A stretch of 59,154 nt of DNA, taken from a bacterium (GTDB lineage Bacteria > Patescibacteriota > Patescibacteriia > 2-01-FULL-39-33). The DNA is taken from positions 1-59,154 of the forward strand of contig JBAXTU010000004.1 of NCBI GenBank assembly GCA_037130015.1. Direction: 5' to 3'. Position 1 is the first letter of the stretch, and each line of letters starts with the position of its first letter. Of this stretch, positions 18,404 to 27,607 are shown piece by piece. The notes below the pieces were generated by a model. The model had not been told where the DNA came from and did no database searches. It saw nothing but the letters and a program-made list of their open reading frames with translations. Position numbers and translations under genes: made by a program.

Positions 18404-18409
18404 CTCTAG

Positions 18410-18483
18410 CGGACCGGACGGGACTCGAACCCGCGACCTTCCCCGTGACAGGGGGACACTCTAACCAACTGAGCTACCGGTCC
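18410..18483 (-). tRNA. tRNA-Asp(GTC)
   Basis: GGACCGG TA GCTCAGTTGGTTAGAGT G TCCCC CTGTCAC GGGGA AGGTC GCGGG TTCGAGT CCCGT CCGGTCC G; full cloverleaf, CCA not encoded. Confidence 0.97.
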
Positions 18484-19145
18484 ATAAATTGTAAAGCTAA
18501 TTTACTTTTCTTAAATTTTCTATCTAAATAAATTACTGGATTATTATAAATATATTTTAAAATATTGACAGCATTATTTGATAAATAAGATAAACGATAA
18601 GCTCGACTATGATAAATTATTTTTGGACTTTTAATTAAGATTTCTTTTCTAATAATATCTGCCAATTGAATAAGAAACTCTTTACTACCAGAAGTAAACA
18701 TTACCACAATATATTTAAAATGTTTATTTCTTTGTTTTCTAAAATAATTACTATAACTTATGCAACCATCGCCATCAAAATATCCTCTTAAATAATCAGC
18801 AAAATATTCATCGGAAATTTTAGGAAATTTTACAGTCTTTGATTTATTGACCGTAAATTCCAATTTCACCAAATCATTAAAAATTTCTTTACTGCCTAAT
18901 TGAAGTCTATACGAATTTGGTAATTGGCTGTCAATTCTTTTCCTGCAACCGATCTTATGGCTGGATCCCATTACTAATTTAATCTTTTCCAGAATATCCA
19001 AATCATTTGAATTGAATTCTACATAATGCGAACCGCGCGGATTTATTGTCAAACAACCGTCGGCGGTAAAAAAACCTAAAACGTATGCCATCTCATGAGT
19101 CCAGCTTTTAAAAAAATCCTTATTTACCCCTAGAAATTTAGGCAT
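18474..19145 (-). CDS. Free-standing double-motif LAGLIDADG homing-endonuclease-like protein
   Basis: AYVLGFFTADGCL and DYLRGYFDGDGCI motifs, C-terminal YLDRK; stop codon lies inside tRNA-Asp. Confidence 0.9.
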   Translation of the reverse strand: MPKFLGVNKDFFKSWTHEMAYVLGFFTADGCLTINPRGSHYVEFNSNDLDILEKIKLVMGSSHKIGCRKRIDSQLPNSYRLQLGSKEIFNDLVKLEFTVNKSKTVKFPKISDEYFADYLRGYFDGDGCISYSNYFRKQRNKHFKYIVVMFTSGSKEFLIQLADIIRKEILIKSPKIIYHSRAYRLSYLSNNAVNILKYIYNNPVIYLDRKFKKSKLALQFMDR

Positions 19146-19271
19146 ACAATTTTGCCTATTACTTTAACAGAAATTATATTAACAAAATTTTATAAAATAG
19201 TCAACAGTAAAATTTCCCTTTGCTTTTATTGATATTTTGCTTATAATTAATAAACAAAATAAGTAAAATAT

Positions 19272-20561
19272 ATGCCTTACAAAAAAGCAATACTTACAAT
19301 CATCACCATCTCGGCCATTCCTATACTAATTTGGCTACTAATGACTCCCCTGTCGGAAAGATTTTTTGACCTAAATGCCACTACTACCAGCCTGGGACAA
19401 ATCACTGGACTACTAGGCATGATCTTATTTTCCCTCAATCTTATTTTAGCCAGTCGTTTAAAATTTTTGGACAATCTTTTTGACGGCCTAAATAATGTCT
19501 ATCTTTTTCATCGTGTCTTGGGCGCTTTATCTTTTTCCCTGCTCTTATTTCATCCATTATTTCTTGTGGTTAAATATCTGCAAATTTCTTTGCGAAGTGC
19601 CGCTTTGTTTTTACTCCCCTCAACAGATTTTGCCATAACCTCTGGCATCATCTCTTTGGCTGGCATGATAATTCTAATCAGCCTGACCTTTTACATCTCT
19701 CTCAAATATCAAAATTGGAAATTGTCCCACAAAATCATGGTGCTGGTTTTTGTTTTTGCGCTTATGCACACGCTATTAATTTATAGCGACATTTCCAGAA
19801 ATTTATTTTTAAGAATTTATATCCTTGGTTTTGGCATGGCCGGACTGGCACTCTCAGCCTATCAAGCATTTTTTCATAAATACCTTTCTAAAAATATTTA
19901 TGAAGTCAAAGATATTACTCGCCTCAATCTGCAAGTGCTGGCCATCACCTTAATGCCCAAAAATCAAACACAAAAATTCGTTCCCGGACAATTTGTTTTT
20001 GTTTCTTTTCATGGAAAAAATATTTCTTCCGAAAGCCATCCTTTTTCAGTCTCGGCTTCTTATCCTGACGGATCTTTTCGTTTGGCTATCAAGGCACTGG
20101 GAGACTTCACTGCCATCTTGGACAAATTGCAAGTCGGAGACAGGGCCATAATCCAAGGACCGTTTGGCAAATTTTCATACCTAAATGCCAAGGGCAAAAA
20201 TCAAATCTGGATTGCCGGCGGAGTGGGTATCACGCCTTTTACTAGCATGGCTCAAGATCTCAAAAATCCTGACTATCATATTGATTTATATTATTGCACG
20301 AAAAATCAAGCTGAAGACGTATTAATAGATGAGCTGAAAAAAATCGCTGAAACCAATCCTAGTTTTAGATTGTTTTCCTGGCACTCTGACGAAAAGGGAT
20401 TCATTACTGCCGAAAACATCAACAGTCTCAGCCAAGAACTCTTGAATAAAGAAATTTTCCTGTGCGGTCCAGCGCCATTTATGAACGGCCTTATTAAACA
20501 ATTCAAAAATTTAAACATAAAAAATAAAAATATCCATTCGGAGCAATTCAAATTCCTATGA
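19272..20561 (+). CDS. Ferric-reductase-like transmembrane domain + FAD/NAD(P)H-binding oxidoreductase
   Basis: Six TM helices with heme-ligand-like His (FHR..LFH, SHK..MHT), HPFS, GPFG, IAGGVGITPF, LCGP, HSEQF. Confidence 0.9.
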   Translation: MPYKKAILTIITISAIPILIWLLMTPLSERFFDLNATTTSLGQITGLLGMILFSLNLILASRLKFLDNLFDGLNNVYLFHRVLGALSFSLLLFHPLFLVVKYLQISLRSAALFLLPSTDFAITSGIISLAGMIILISLTFYISLKYQNWKLSHKIMVLVFVFALMHTLLIYSDISRNLFLRIYILGFGMAGLALSAYQAFFHKYLSKNIYEVKDITRLNLQVLAITLMPKNQTQKFVPGQFVFVSFHGKNISSESHPFSVSASYPDGSFRLAIKALGDFTAILDKLQVGDRAIIQGPFGKFSYLNAKGKNQIWIAGGVGITPFTSMAQDLKNPDYHIDLYYCTKNQAEDVLIDELKKIAETNPSFRLFSWHSDEKGFITAENINSLSQELLNKEIFLCGPAPFMNGLIKQFKNLNIKNKNIHSEQFKFL

Positions 20562-21049
20562 AAAAAATCACCACTATTTCTTTATTTATTTTTTTCGCTG
20601 TTGTTGTGGCCATTCTAGTGGCCGGCTTAATTTTTTATCAAAACAAAAAAATATTATCAACTGATAATTCGCCAATAAACAACACTGGCAAAGTTAATGC
20701 CGCTAGCGTACAGCAAATCACCTTGAATTCAGCAGAAATATCCAAACATAATTCCAGAACAGACTGTTGGATGATTATTAATAATAAAGTTTATAATGTC
20801 ACCAGTTATTTATCTGCCCATCCTGGCGGCGCCGACACCATGACTCCATATTGTGGCCAGGAAGCCACTCAGGCTTATGACACCAAAGACATTGGCCGAC
20901 CTCATTCAAACAATGCCAGCGCCATGCTAAACGACTACTACATTGGCGACCTAAATCAAACTATCGGCGGACAACAAATTCAACAAACCATCCAACAAAC
21001 AAACTCTGTCCAACCTAGCGGACGCAACAGAGAATATGAAGACGATTAA
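20558..21049 (+). CDS. Membrane-anchored cytochrome b5-like heme-binding protein
   Basis: KHNSRTDCWMIINNKVYNVTSYLSAHPGG...HS; N-terminal TM; ATGA overlap with the reductase. Confidence 0.92.
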   Translation: MKKITTISLFIFFAVVVAILVAGLIFYQNKKILSTDNSPINNTGKVNAASVQQITLNSAEISKHNSRTDCWMIINNKVYNVTSYLSAHPGGADTMTPYCGQEATQAYDTKDIGRPHSNNASAMLNDYYIGDLNQTIGGQQIQQTIQQTNSVQPSGRNREYEDD

Positions 21050-21147
21050 ATCGTAAATAAAAATATAAAAAACATGGGGCAGACTTTTGTCCCATGTTTT
21101 ATGTTCCAAATTATGTTATAATTATATTCATAAATAATCACAGTCAT

Positions 21148-21642
21148 ATGCACCAAAAATTATTCCCTTTTATTTTCTTCGGCCTAGTTCTTGTGGCCAC
21201 TACTATTTTTACAGCAGAAAAATCAACAACAAAGATTGCTCAAGCACAATTTAGTATTCCACTAATTTCTGCGCCTACTTTTAATGATAATGGCACACCT
21301 AATATCACTGTTCAAGATCTTGCAGACGCGGGTTTTACTAACGTTCAACAAATTGCCTCCAAAGGACAAAGATTTAATCCGCCGATTATTTATTTTATAA
21401 CCAACGAATCAATCTCTTGGACCAACAAATCTGGAAAAATGGAAAATTCAAATATCACATCAGTTTCTGTTGCTAAAATAAACAACAAATCATGGATTTT
21501 TAATGGCAGTCTGCCCCAAACATTAGACACGGCCAGCTTGCATCAAATTAAAGATTCTAAAGCCGGTTATTATTTTGTTATCACTGGACCAGATCAAGCC
21601 AAAATAGCCACACTCATGGCAAATATTAAATCAAAATTTTAA
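21148..21642 (+). CDS. Hypothetical exported protein
   Basis: Signal/TM segment after ATG 21148, preferred over 21094 which lies in a terminator hairpin. Confidence 0.65.
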   Translation: MHQKLFPFIFFGLVLVATTIFTAEKSTTKIAQAQFSIPLISAPTFNDNGTPNITVQDLADAGFTNVQQIASKGQRFNPPIIYFITNESISWTNKSGKMENSNITSVSVAKINNKSWIFNGSLPQTLDTASLHQIKDSKAGYYFVITGPDQAKIATLMANIKSKF

Positions 21643-21655
21643 AAATAAACAACTT

Positions 21656-22942
21656 ATGTCCAAAATAAAAAATAAAATAAAAAGTTTTTTTAAAATTTTA
21701 GGTCCAGGCATGATCACTGGCGCTGCCGATGATGATCCATCGGGTATCGCCACCTACACCCAGACCGGCGCGCAATTCGGCTATGCCCAACTATGGGTAG
21801 CCATTTTTGTTTTACCGCTCATGACCGCCACCCAAGAAGCTTGCGCCCGCATCGGAGCTGTCACTGGCCGTGGACTAGCCTCAGCTGTCAAAGAAAATTA
21901 CAACAAAATCGTGCTCTATGCCGTAGTGCTCCTGGTCGTGGCCGCCAACACCATCAATATCGGCGCGGACATTGGCGCCATGGGAGCGGCCGCCTCACTG
22001 ATTCTGCCAGTTCCTGTTCCTATTTTAATTTTATTTTCCACTATCAGTATTTTAGTTTTGGAAATTTTTACTTCTTATAAATCATACTCAAAAATTCTCA
22101 AATGGCTGTGTTTATCCCTGCTCGCCTATCCGCTCACCGTGATTATGATTAATCAGCCCTGGAAAGATATTCTCTATGCCACTTTTGTGCCTCAAGTGCA
22201 ATTCAGCTTTGCTTTTTTCTTTATTATCACCGGAGTACTAGGCACCACTATTTCTCCATATATGTTTTTTTGGCAAGCTTCAGAAGAAGTGGAGGAAGAA
22301 AAAGCCAAAGGCCTTTGGAAAAAAATCGGCCGGCCAAAAATCGGCAAAACTTTTATTTCCCGCTTGCGCTTGGACAATATGGTGGGCATGTTTTTTTCCA
22401 ATTTTGCCACTTGGTCAATTATTGTAGTGTCGGCAACAGTTTTAAATGCCAATGGGCTCACTAATGTGGCCACAGCCGCTGATGCGGCACGCGCCCTAGA
22501 ACCGCTGGTGCAAACTTTTCCCTACGCCGGATTTTTGTCAAAATTATTATTTGCTTCCGGAGTTATTGGATTGGGTCTTTTAGGTATCCCCGTACTGTCA
22601 GGCTCGGCCGCCTATGCTGTCTCTGAGGCTTTTAATTTAAAAGCAGGACTAAATTTAAAATTCAAAAAAGCGCATGGTTTTTATGGCGTCATTATTGCCT
22701 CCACCTTGGTCGGACTGGCAATAAATTTTATTGGTATAGATCCTATTCAAGCTCTGATATTTGCGGCCGTATTCAATGGCGTAGCTGCTGTACCGCTTAT
22801 TTTTATTATAGCCAGAATAAATAGAAACAAAAAAGTCATGGGCAAATATCGCGGTGGCAGATTGTCAAATGTTTTGGTTTGGATGACTTTTAGTCTTATG
22901 GCTACTTCGGCCGTGGCCATGTTTTATACACTACTAAGATAA
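21656..22942 (+). CDS. NRAMP-family divalent metal transporter
   Basis: LGPGMITGAADDDPSG, GTTISPY, about 11 TM helices. Confidence 0.9.
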   Translation: MSKIKNKIKSFFKILGPGMITGAADDDPSGIATYTQTGAQFGYAQLWVAIFVLPLMTATQEACARIGAVTGRGLASAVKENYNKIVLYAVVLLVVAANTINIGADIGAMGAAASLILPVPVPILILFSTISILVLEIFTSYKSYSKILKWLCLSLLAYPLTVIMINQPWKDILYATFVPQVQFSFAFFFIITGVLGTTISPYMFFWQASEEVEEEKAKGLWKKIGRPKIGKTFISRLRLDNMVGMFFSNFATWSIIVVSATVLNANGLTNVATAADAARALEPLVQTFPYAGFLSKLLFASGVIGLGLLGIPVLSGSAAYAVSEAFNLKAGLNLKFKKAHGFYGVIIASTLVGLAINFIGIDPIQALIFAAVFNGVAAVPLIFIIARINRNKKVMGKYRGGRLSNVLVWMTFSLMATSAVAMFYTLLR

Positions 22943-22998
22943 TACTACAATAAAAAAACAGCTTGGCAATCTACCAAGCTGTATTTATTTGTTTTAAT

Positions 22999-23562
22999 TT
23001 ATGCTCCGGGCACACCCAAAGCTCTGAAAACAAACCTCAAAATCGCATAAGAACCAAAAATAACTGCTAGGCCAAAAACAGCCCAAGTCATCATTTTTTT
23101 GCCCTTATCTATTTGGCCGGGATTGCCTTCGGAAACCATCCACAAAATACCGCCCCAAATGAAAGCAATGAGCGCCAAAACGCCAGTGAGACCTATGACC
23201 GTGGTCAAAATTTGATTAACCGTGGTTTCAATAGGCACATTTCCTGCTTTGCCGGTTAAAGGATTGGCAAGCTCTTTGCTGGTGCCAGCAGTACCACCTT
23301 TAGGATTGTTTGGAGTTCCAGATTGCGGAGTATCACCACCAGGTCCACCATTTGCAGCATCACTTGCTTGATCTATCTGTATTGGGTCATCAGTGGGATC
23401 ATCTGGTATATCAGTCTCTCCTTCAATTTCACCTTCCTGAGCTAATAAGACACTACTCTTTTCTCTAGTTTTAGCGTTTGTTATATTAATAAAAACCCCA
23501 TCCAGCAATAAAACACCAAAAATAATACAAAAGACTACAAAAAATTTATTTTTTCTATTCAT
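22999..23562 (-). CDS. TrbC/VirB2-like pilin (CPR type)
   Basis: LANPL, two C-terminal TM helices with GGILWMVSEGNPGQIDKGKKMMTWAVFGLAVIFGSY. Confidence 0.8.
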   Translation of the reverse strand: MNRKNKFFVVFCIIFGVLLLDGVFINITNAKTREKSSVLLAQEGEIEGETDIPDDPTDDPIQIDQASDAANGGPGGDTPQSGTPNNPKGGTAGTSKELANPLTGKAGNVPIETTVNQILTTVIGLTGVLALIAFIWGGILWMVSEGNPGQIDKGKKMMTWAVFGLAVIFGSYAILRFVFRALGVPGA

Positions 23563-23671
23563 TTTTTTATGTTATGAATAATTTACATATTCATTATAGC
23601 AAAACAACCCCATAAAAAGCAAAACACCGAAAAGAAATTAATCCTTTCGGTGTGTAAATAATGTACTATCC

Positions 23672-24802
23672 CTACAAAAAGCGTAGGGTGAACGATTTTC
23701 CTTTGGCATATTGAAAATTCAGTCCATAATTTCCATAGACTTCCATTTCTTTGCCAATAGGCGAATCAAACATTTGAATGCCTTTTACTCCAGGGCATTT
23801 GACTTCACCCTGTCGTGCATCCAAAATCATAAAACGTTGATGCGGATCAAAGTTGTCGCTCAGACAAACAACCTCATCCGTATAAAAGAACACTCGCCAC
23901 GTTTTGTCCTGCTTGGCGATGGCGGCCTTGTCAGAGATCACCTCAATCGGACAATCCATGAGCAGACATTCGCCTTCAAGCCAAGTGGTTTTTTCAGTGA
24001 CGGCTTGGTCAACATAACTGCCATCTTCATCGGCAAAAATTACATTGATAAGAGCTTGGCCTTTGAAAGACATTGCTGGCAAATCAGTGAGCTTCACCAA
24101 TGTGCCTTCAGGAATCTCCTTTTTGGTGGCCACAGTCTTTTCCACGTTTTTAAGGCCAGTCCTTTTGTCGTAAATGCCGACATAGGCACGCTTGGTGGCT
24201 GTCTTGACGATGGCCCAACGCTGATCAGCCTTGATCTTATCAACCTTAGATTCTCTAAGGTCGTTGGTCGTGTGCACGTCAATCTTTGACTGCAACTTAT
24301 AACCAAAGGCGTTGGCACTTTCTTGTTGCTTTACTGCCCATAAAACAGCAACAAAAGCTAAACAAGACAGCAGATAGATGCCTTTGCGAGCCTTGGCACC
24401 GCCATAGACTAACGAATAGGCAATGCCCATGCCAGGTAGTAGAAAGAAAAGCTCCAAGATAACAGCTTGAGCCATTTCTTCTGTGGGTACGGTCGGCAGA
24501 CTGAATCCAAAGATAGAACCAGTCGCTTGTCCATACACCATTACAACTGGCATATTGAACAAAAAACCAAATGCCAGCCTTATTCCGACAAAAGCCAGAA
24601 TTCCAGCAACCAGTCGCGCTATCTTGGCCACCATTCGTTTGGTGGCGTTGTCCATCTCAAGTTTTTCTAGTAAAAAGTTGAGACCGGCCACAAAAACTAT
24701 CAGCGTCATAATATACGACGCGCTCAGTTCTCTGAACATCAACTTGGCGATGATACCAACCAATACTGCCACGACAATACTTCTCACAATATTCTTAACC
24801 AT
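23672..24802 (-). CDS. Hypothetical membrane protein (multi-TM N-terminus, soluble C-terminus)
   Basis: 376 aa, GAGGAG RBS, about five hydrophobic segments. Confidence 0.75.
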   Translation of the reverse strand: MVKNIVRSIVVAVLVGIIAKLMFRELSASYIMTLIVFVAGLNFLLEKLEMDNATKRMVAKIARLVAGILAFVGIRLAFGFLFNMPVVMVYGQATGSIFGFSLPTVPTEEMAQAVILELFFLLPGMGIAYSLVYGGAKARKGIYLLSCLAFVAVLWAVKQQESANAFGYKLQSKIDVHTTNDLRESKVDKIKADQRWAIVKTATKRAYVGIYDKRTGLKNVEKTVATKKEIPEGTLVKLTDLPAMSFKGQALINVIFADEDGSYVDQAVTEKTTWLEGECLLMDCPIEVISDKAAIAKQDKTWRVFFYTDEVVCLSDNFDPHQRFMILDARQGEVKCPGVKGIQMFDSPIGKEMEVYGNYGLNFQYAKGKSFTLRFL

Positions 24803-24890
24803 TGTTCATCTCCTCTGCCATGGGCAGTTTTTTTGTTTTTTGGTTTTTAGTGGAGAGACGGCACCAACCATTTGGCACCGTCTCAAAAAA

Positions 24891-25634
24891 TTAGCGTACA
24901 GAAAATAACTTCTCCGCTATTTTCATCATGAGCTCCCCAGCAAAATTGCCAAGGATCTCAAATTTGAACAATTTGCGAAAGTTAAATCCGCCTATGTTCC
25001 CGCCACTAGCACCTCCAGAAGGAGGAGGAGGAGTACCATCAGCGCCAGCCGTGGCCGTACTTTTGTGGGATTCTTCCCACTTTTTCAGGACACTTTTCCA
25101 AGCATCCATAGCTTCTTCTCTCCAAGAGAGAATAAAGTATGGAACAAAGAATAGCCACAACAGTAACGAAATTAGCCACAACCAACTGCTGGGATAAACA
25201 ATTGTCTTATCCTTGCCATCGCCTTCACCCTCACCTTCACCTTCACCCGACTTTGGATCTGGCTTTTTATTAAAAGTCACATCCTCGGCCTTTAGCTGGC
25301 CGTTACTAAAAGCCGATAAAACACCATCTCTTAATGAGTGATTTTTTACCACTTTGGTAGCAACTCCATCAACCTTTTCAAGTTGAGTTTCGGCCAATTG
25401 TTTGGTGACAGGAAAGAGCACTGGGTGCTCAAAAAAATTTATCACAGTCGCGATGCTGAAAAGCAACGCCACTAATATTCCTAACACCCCTCTAATTTGA
25501 TTTGAGGCGCTTTGGTTTGATAGTGCCAGTCCGACTATTCTGCCGAACCAAGCACCAAACCTCAATCCTGGTGTACAGGCCAACAGTACCACTACTATTG
25601 CCATTACCGCCAAAAAACTCAAATATATCGTCAT
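24891..25634 (-). CDS. Hypothetical membrane protein
   Basis: 247 aa, three TM segments, GEGEGEGDG and Pro/Gly-rich linkers, AAGGA RBS. Confidence 0.75.
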   Translation of the reverse strand: MTIYLSFLAVMAIVVVLLACTPGLRFGAWFGRIVGLALSNQSASNQIRGVLGILVALLFSIATVINFFEHPVLFPVTKQLAETQLEKVDGVATKVVKNHSLRDGVLSAFSNGQLKAEDVTFNKKPDPKSGEGEGEGEGDGKDKTIVYPSSWLWLISLLLWLFFVPYFILSWREEAMDAWKSVLKKWEESHKSTATAGADGTPPPPSGGASGGNIGGFNFRKLFKFEILGNFAGELMMKIAEKLFSVR

Positions 25635-25733
25635 TATCTTTTCCTTTTCTGCCAGCCAAAGCCGGTCTGTTTTCTTGGTGTTAACTTATGAGCACGCCTG
25701 CTACGGGCCGACGCGCTCAATGTTGAAAAAAAA

Positions 25734-26264
25734 CTACGGAGTTGGTGGGGTCGTTGGTGGCTTAGGCTTTATGGCGTTAAGAAAATTTGCCAAAAAACCG
25801 CCGGGAACCAACCCATCATCAGCAGATCTGGGCTTTTTCTTTCCGCGAAGAACCAATTCTGGATCTTTCTCGGTCTCACAATTTTGCAACTGAAAAATTA
25901 ACGACTTAGTACCTTCAAATGGTGGCACAATATAAATCGCCGAGCCATTTGCATTTGTTGTCACTTCTTTGAAACTTTCGCCATCTCCAATATTGACCAC
26001 CGCTCCGGAAATTCCTTTTCCGTCTTCAGTGGCTTGTATGGAGAGCTGATAACCAACCTCCGGACTTCCAGTCTCGGTAATCTTTAACCGATAGTGAAAA
26101 ACCTTTGGTGCTGGTACAGGAGGCGTTGCCGGAGCTCCTGCGAGAGCTGGAACGACTGTGGGCAAATCTGCGCCACATTCGCAACATTTTGGTTTACCAC
26201 CCGGTGTATTTTTATTACATGCCGAACAATTAACCCATGGTGTTTTTTGCCTTTGTTGAGCCAT
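25734..26264 (-). CDS. Zinc-ribbon + Ig-like domain hypothetical protein
   Basis: CSAC...CCEC zinc ribbon, Pro/Ala linker, beta-rich GKGISGAVV...TTNANGSA segment; AAGGAG RBS. Confidence 0.7.
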   Translation of the reverse strand: MAQQRQKTPWVNCSACNKNTPGGKPKCCECGADLPTVVPALAGAPATPPVPAPKVFHYRLKITETGSPEVGYQLSIQATEDGKGISGAVVNIGDGESFKEVTTNANGSAIYIVPPFEGTKSLIFQLQNCETEKDPELVLRGKKKPRSADDGLVPGGFLANFLNAIKPKPPTTPPTP

Positions 26265-26415
26265 TTTACTTCTCCTTTTGTTTGTCCGTCATACGGACTG
26301 TTTCTAACACAAATTGTCAACGATCTATGCAAAAACTAGACTTTACCTGACTCCCTCTATTAACGCTTTTTACAGCTGTTTTTAGTGGTTATTAGTTCAA
26401 TCTAGTTAATACATT

Positions 26416-26444
26416 ATTATAGCATACATACACATTCTTGTCAA
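26416..26444 (-). promoter_or_regulatory. Consensus sigma70 promoter with extended -10
   Basis: TTGACA-N17-TATAAT with TG immediately upstream (TGc TATAAT). Confidence 0.75.
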
Positions 26445-26505
26445 TAGTAATTTGCCTATTTTAAAACATCAAAAAAATGGCTTAGTTAAGCCATAAATTG
26501 ACTGC

Positions 26506-26686
26506 TGTCATCCCGACTGAAGCGACTCGCTGGTAGCGCAGTGGAGGGATCCCTTTTAATCAAATCGTATGATAATTAAATCTTTTAGAAAACACTTATT
26601 GTATATTTTTCTAATTAATAAAATGCAATCACTCTTGGCTTAAAGGGATTCCTCCACTCGGCCTTGAGGCCTCGGTCGGAATGACA
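26506..26686. repeat. REP/MITE-like inverted-repeat element
   Basis: Arms TGTCATCCCGACTGA...GTGGAGGGATCCCTTT and AAAGGGATTCCTCCAC...TCGGTCGGAATGACA flank an AT-rich spacer. Confidence 0.8.
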
Positions 26687-26688
26687 TA

Positions 26689-27489
26689 CTAAGAGAGCCT
26701 ATTTTTTACCCACATCCTCGCCAATATTCCCCCAGCCACAATTACCACCACCCCACTCAAAACCTGTGGCCAGCGCCAAATTCCCAACATAGCAGTCTCG
26801 TCAATACGAACAAACTCCATCAAAAAACGGATAATTCCATAGCCAGCCAAATATATCAAAACCAAATTGCCTTTTTTTAGTTTTTTCTTTTTTGCTAAAA
26901 AAAATAAAATTAAAAATAAAAATAAATCTAAAATTGACTCAAATAAAAAAGCCGGCCAGAAATATTGATTATTAATAAATTGAATCGGGCGGTGCGCCAA
27001 ATCTATAGGAATACCCCAAATGCTTTTGGTCGGCCATCCAAATAATTCTTGATTAAAATAATTGCCCCAGCGACCAATGGCTTGGCATAGCGGTAAAATA
27101 ACCACTACCAAATCAGCCAAAACAAAAAAATCTTTTTTATTTTTTTGACTCCATATATACAAAGCCACACCACCGCCAATCACGGCGCCATGAATAGCCA
27201 AACCGCCTTGCCAGATTTTTAAAATTTCTAAAAAATGATTTGAATAATAATTCCAATCAACAATTAAAACATCATAAAGTCGCGCACCAATAATTCCACC
27301 TAGCACTGACCACAGAGTCGCGTCATACAAATCATCAAGCGTCAAAATATTCTTAGCCAAATTTTTTAATAAAAAAATTGAAATAATAATTGACGCCACA
27401 ATCAGTAGCCCATACCAATGAATAGCGACTGGACCAAATTGCAAAGCAATTGACTGCGGTTGAAAATAATGTAAAAAATTAAAATTCAT
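26689..27489 (-). CDS. lgt: Prolipoprotein diacylglyceryl transferase
   Basis: IHWYG, IGARL, WQGGLAIHG, GRWGNYFNQELFG, RFLMEFVR. Confidence 0.95.
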   Translation of the reverse strand: MNFNFLHYFQPQSIALQFGPVAIHWYGLLIVASIIISIFLLKNLAKNILTLDDLYDATLWSVLGGIIGARLYDVLIVDWNYYSNHFLEILKIWQGGLAIHGAVIGGGVALYIWSQKNKKDFFVLADLVVVILPLCQAIGRWGNYFNQELFGWPTKSIWGIPIDLAHRPIQFINNQYFWPAFLFESILDLFLFLILFFLAKKKKLKKGNLVLIYLAGYGIIRFLMEFVRIDETAMLGIWRWPQVLSGVVVIVAGGILARMWVKNRLS

Positions 27490-27607
27490 ATTTTAATCAT
27501 AGCATAAAATGAAAAAGCGGGCTTATCTATATTAGACTACCCGCTTTGGAAACTTATTGTGCTGTGTCATTCACCGCTTTGGTTGCAATGCAATTATCCT
27601 CCTCGGA

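Larger units (their letters stand above)
1..18409. mobile_element. Integrative element / genomic island inserted at the 3' end of tRNA-Asp (left boundary outside the window)
   Basis: Tyrosine integrase and HTH excisionase abut the 3' end of tRNA-Asp; arm-like direct repeats follow the integrase; cargo is defence and phage/plasmid-like genes; no housekeeping genes in this interval. Confidence 0.85.

Noticed and set aside
1-18409. Calling the island a prophage or ICE
   Set aside because: No terminase, capsid, tail, relaxase or T4SS genes in the visible part; only int/xis are phage-like
18474-19145. LAGLIDADG ORF as part of a group I intron or intein
   Set aside because: The tRNA is uninterrupted, there is no flanking host exon, no intein Cys/His-Asn termini and no room for an intron core
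23711-24908. Plus-strand ORFs of 192 aa and 141 aa, and similar antisense ORFs over hsdR, ppsA, groEL, comM, tsaD and polA
   Set aside because: Shadows of well-supported genes on the opposite strand, with no motifs or RBS
25221-25250. Hexamer repeat encoding GEGEGEGDG as a contingency locus
   Set aside because: Imperfect, in-frame low-complexity linker; would not phase-shift
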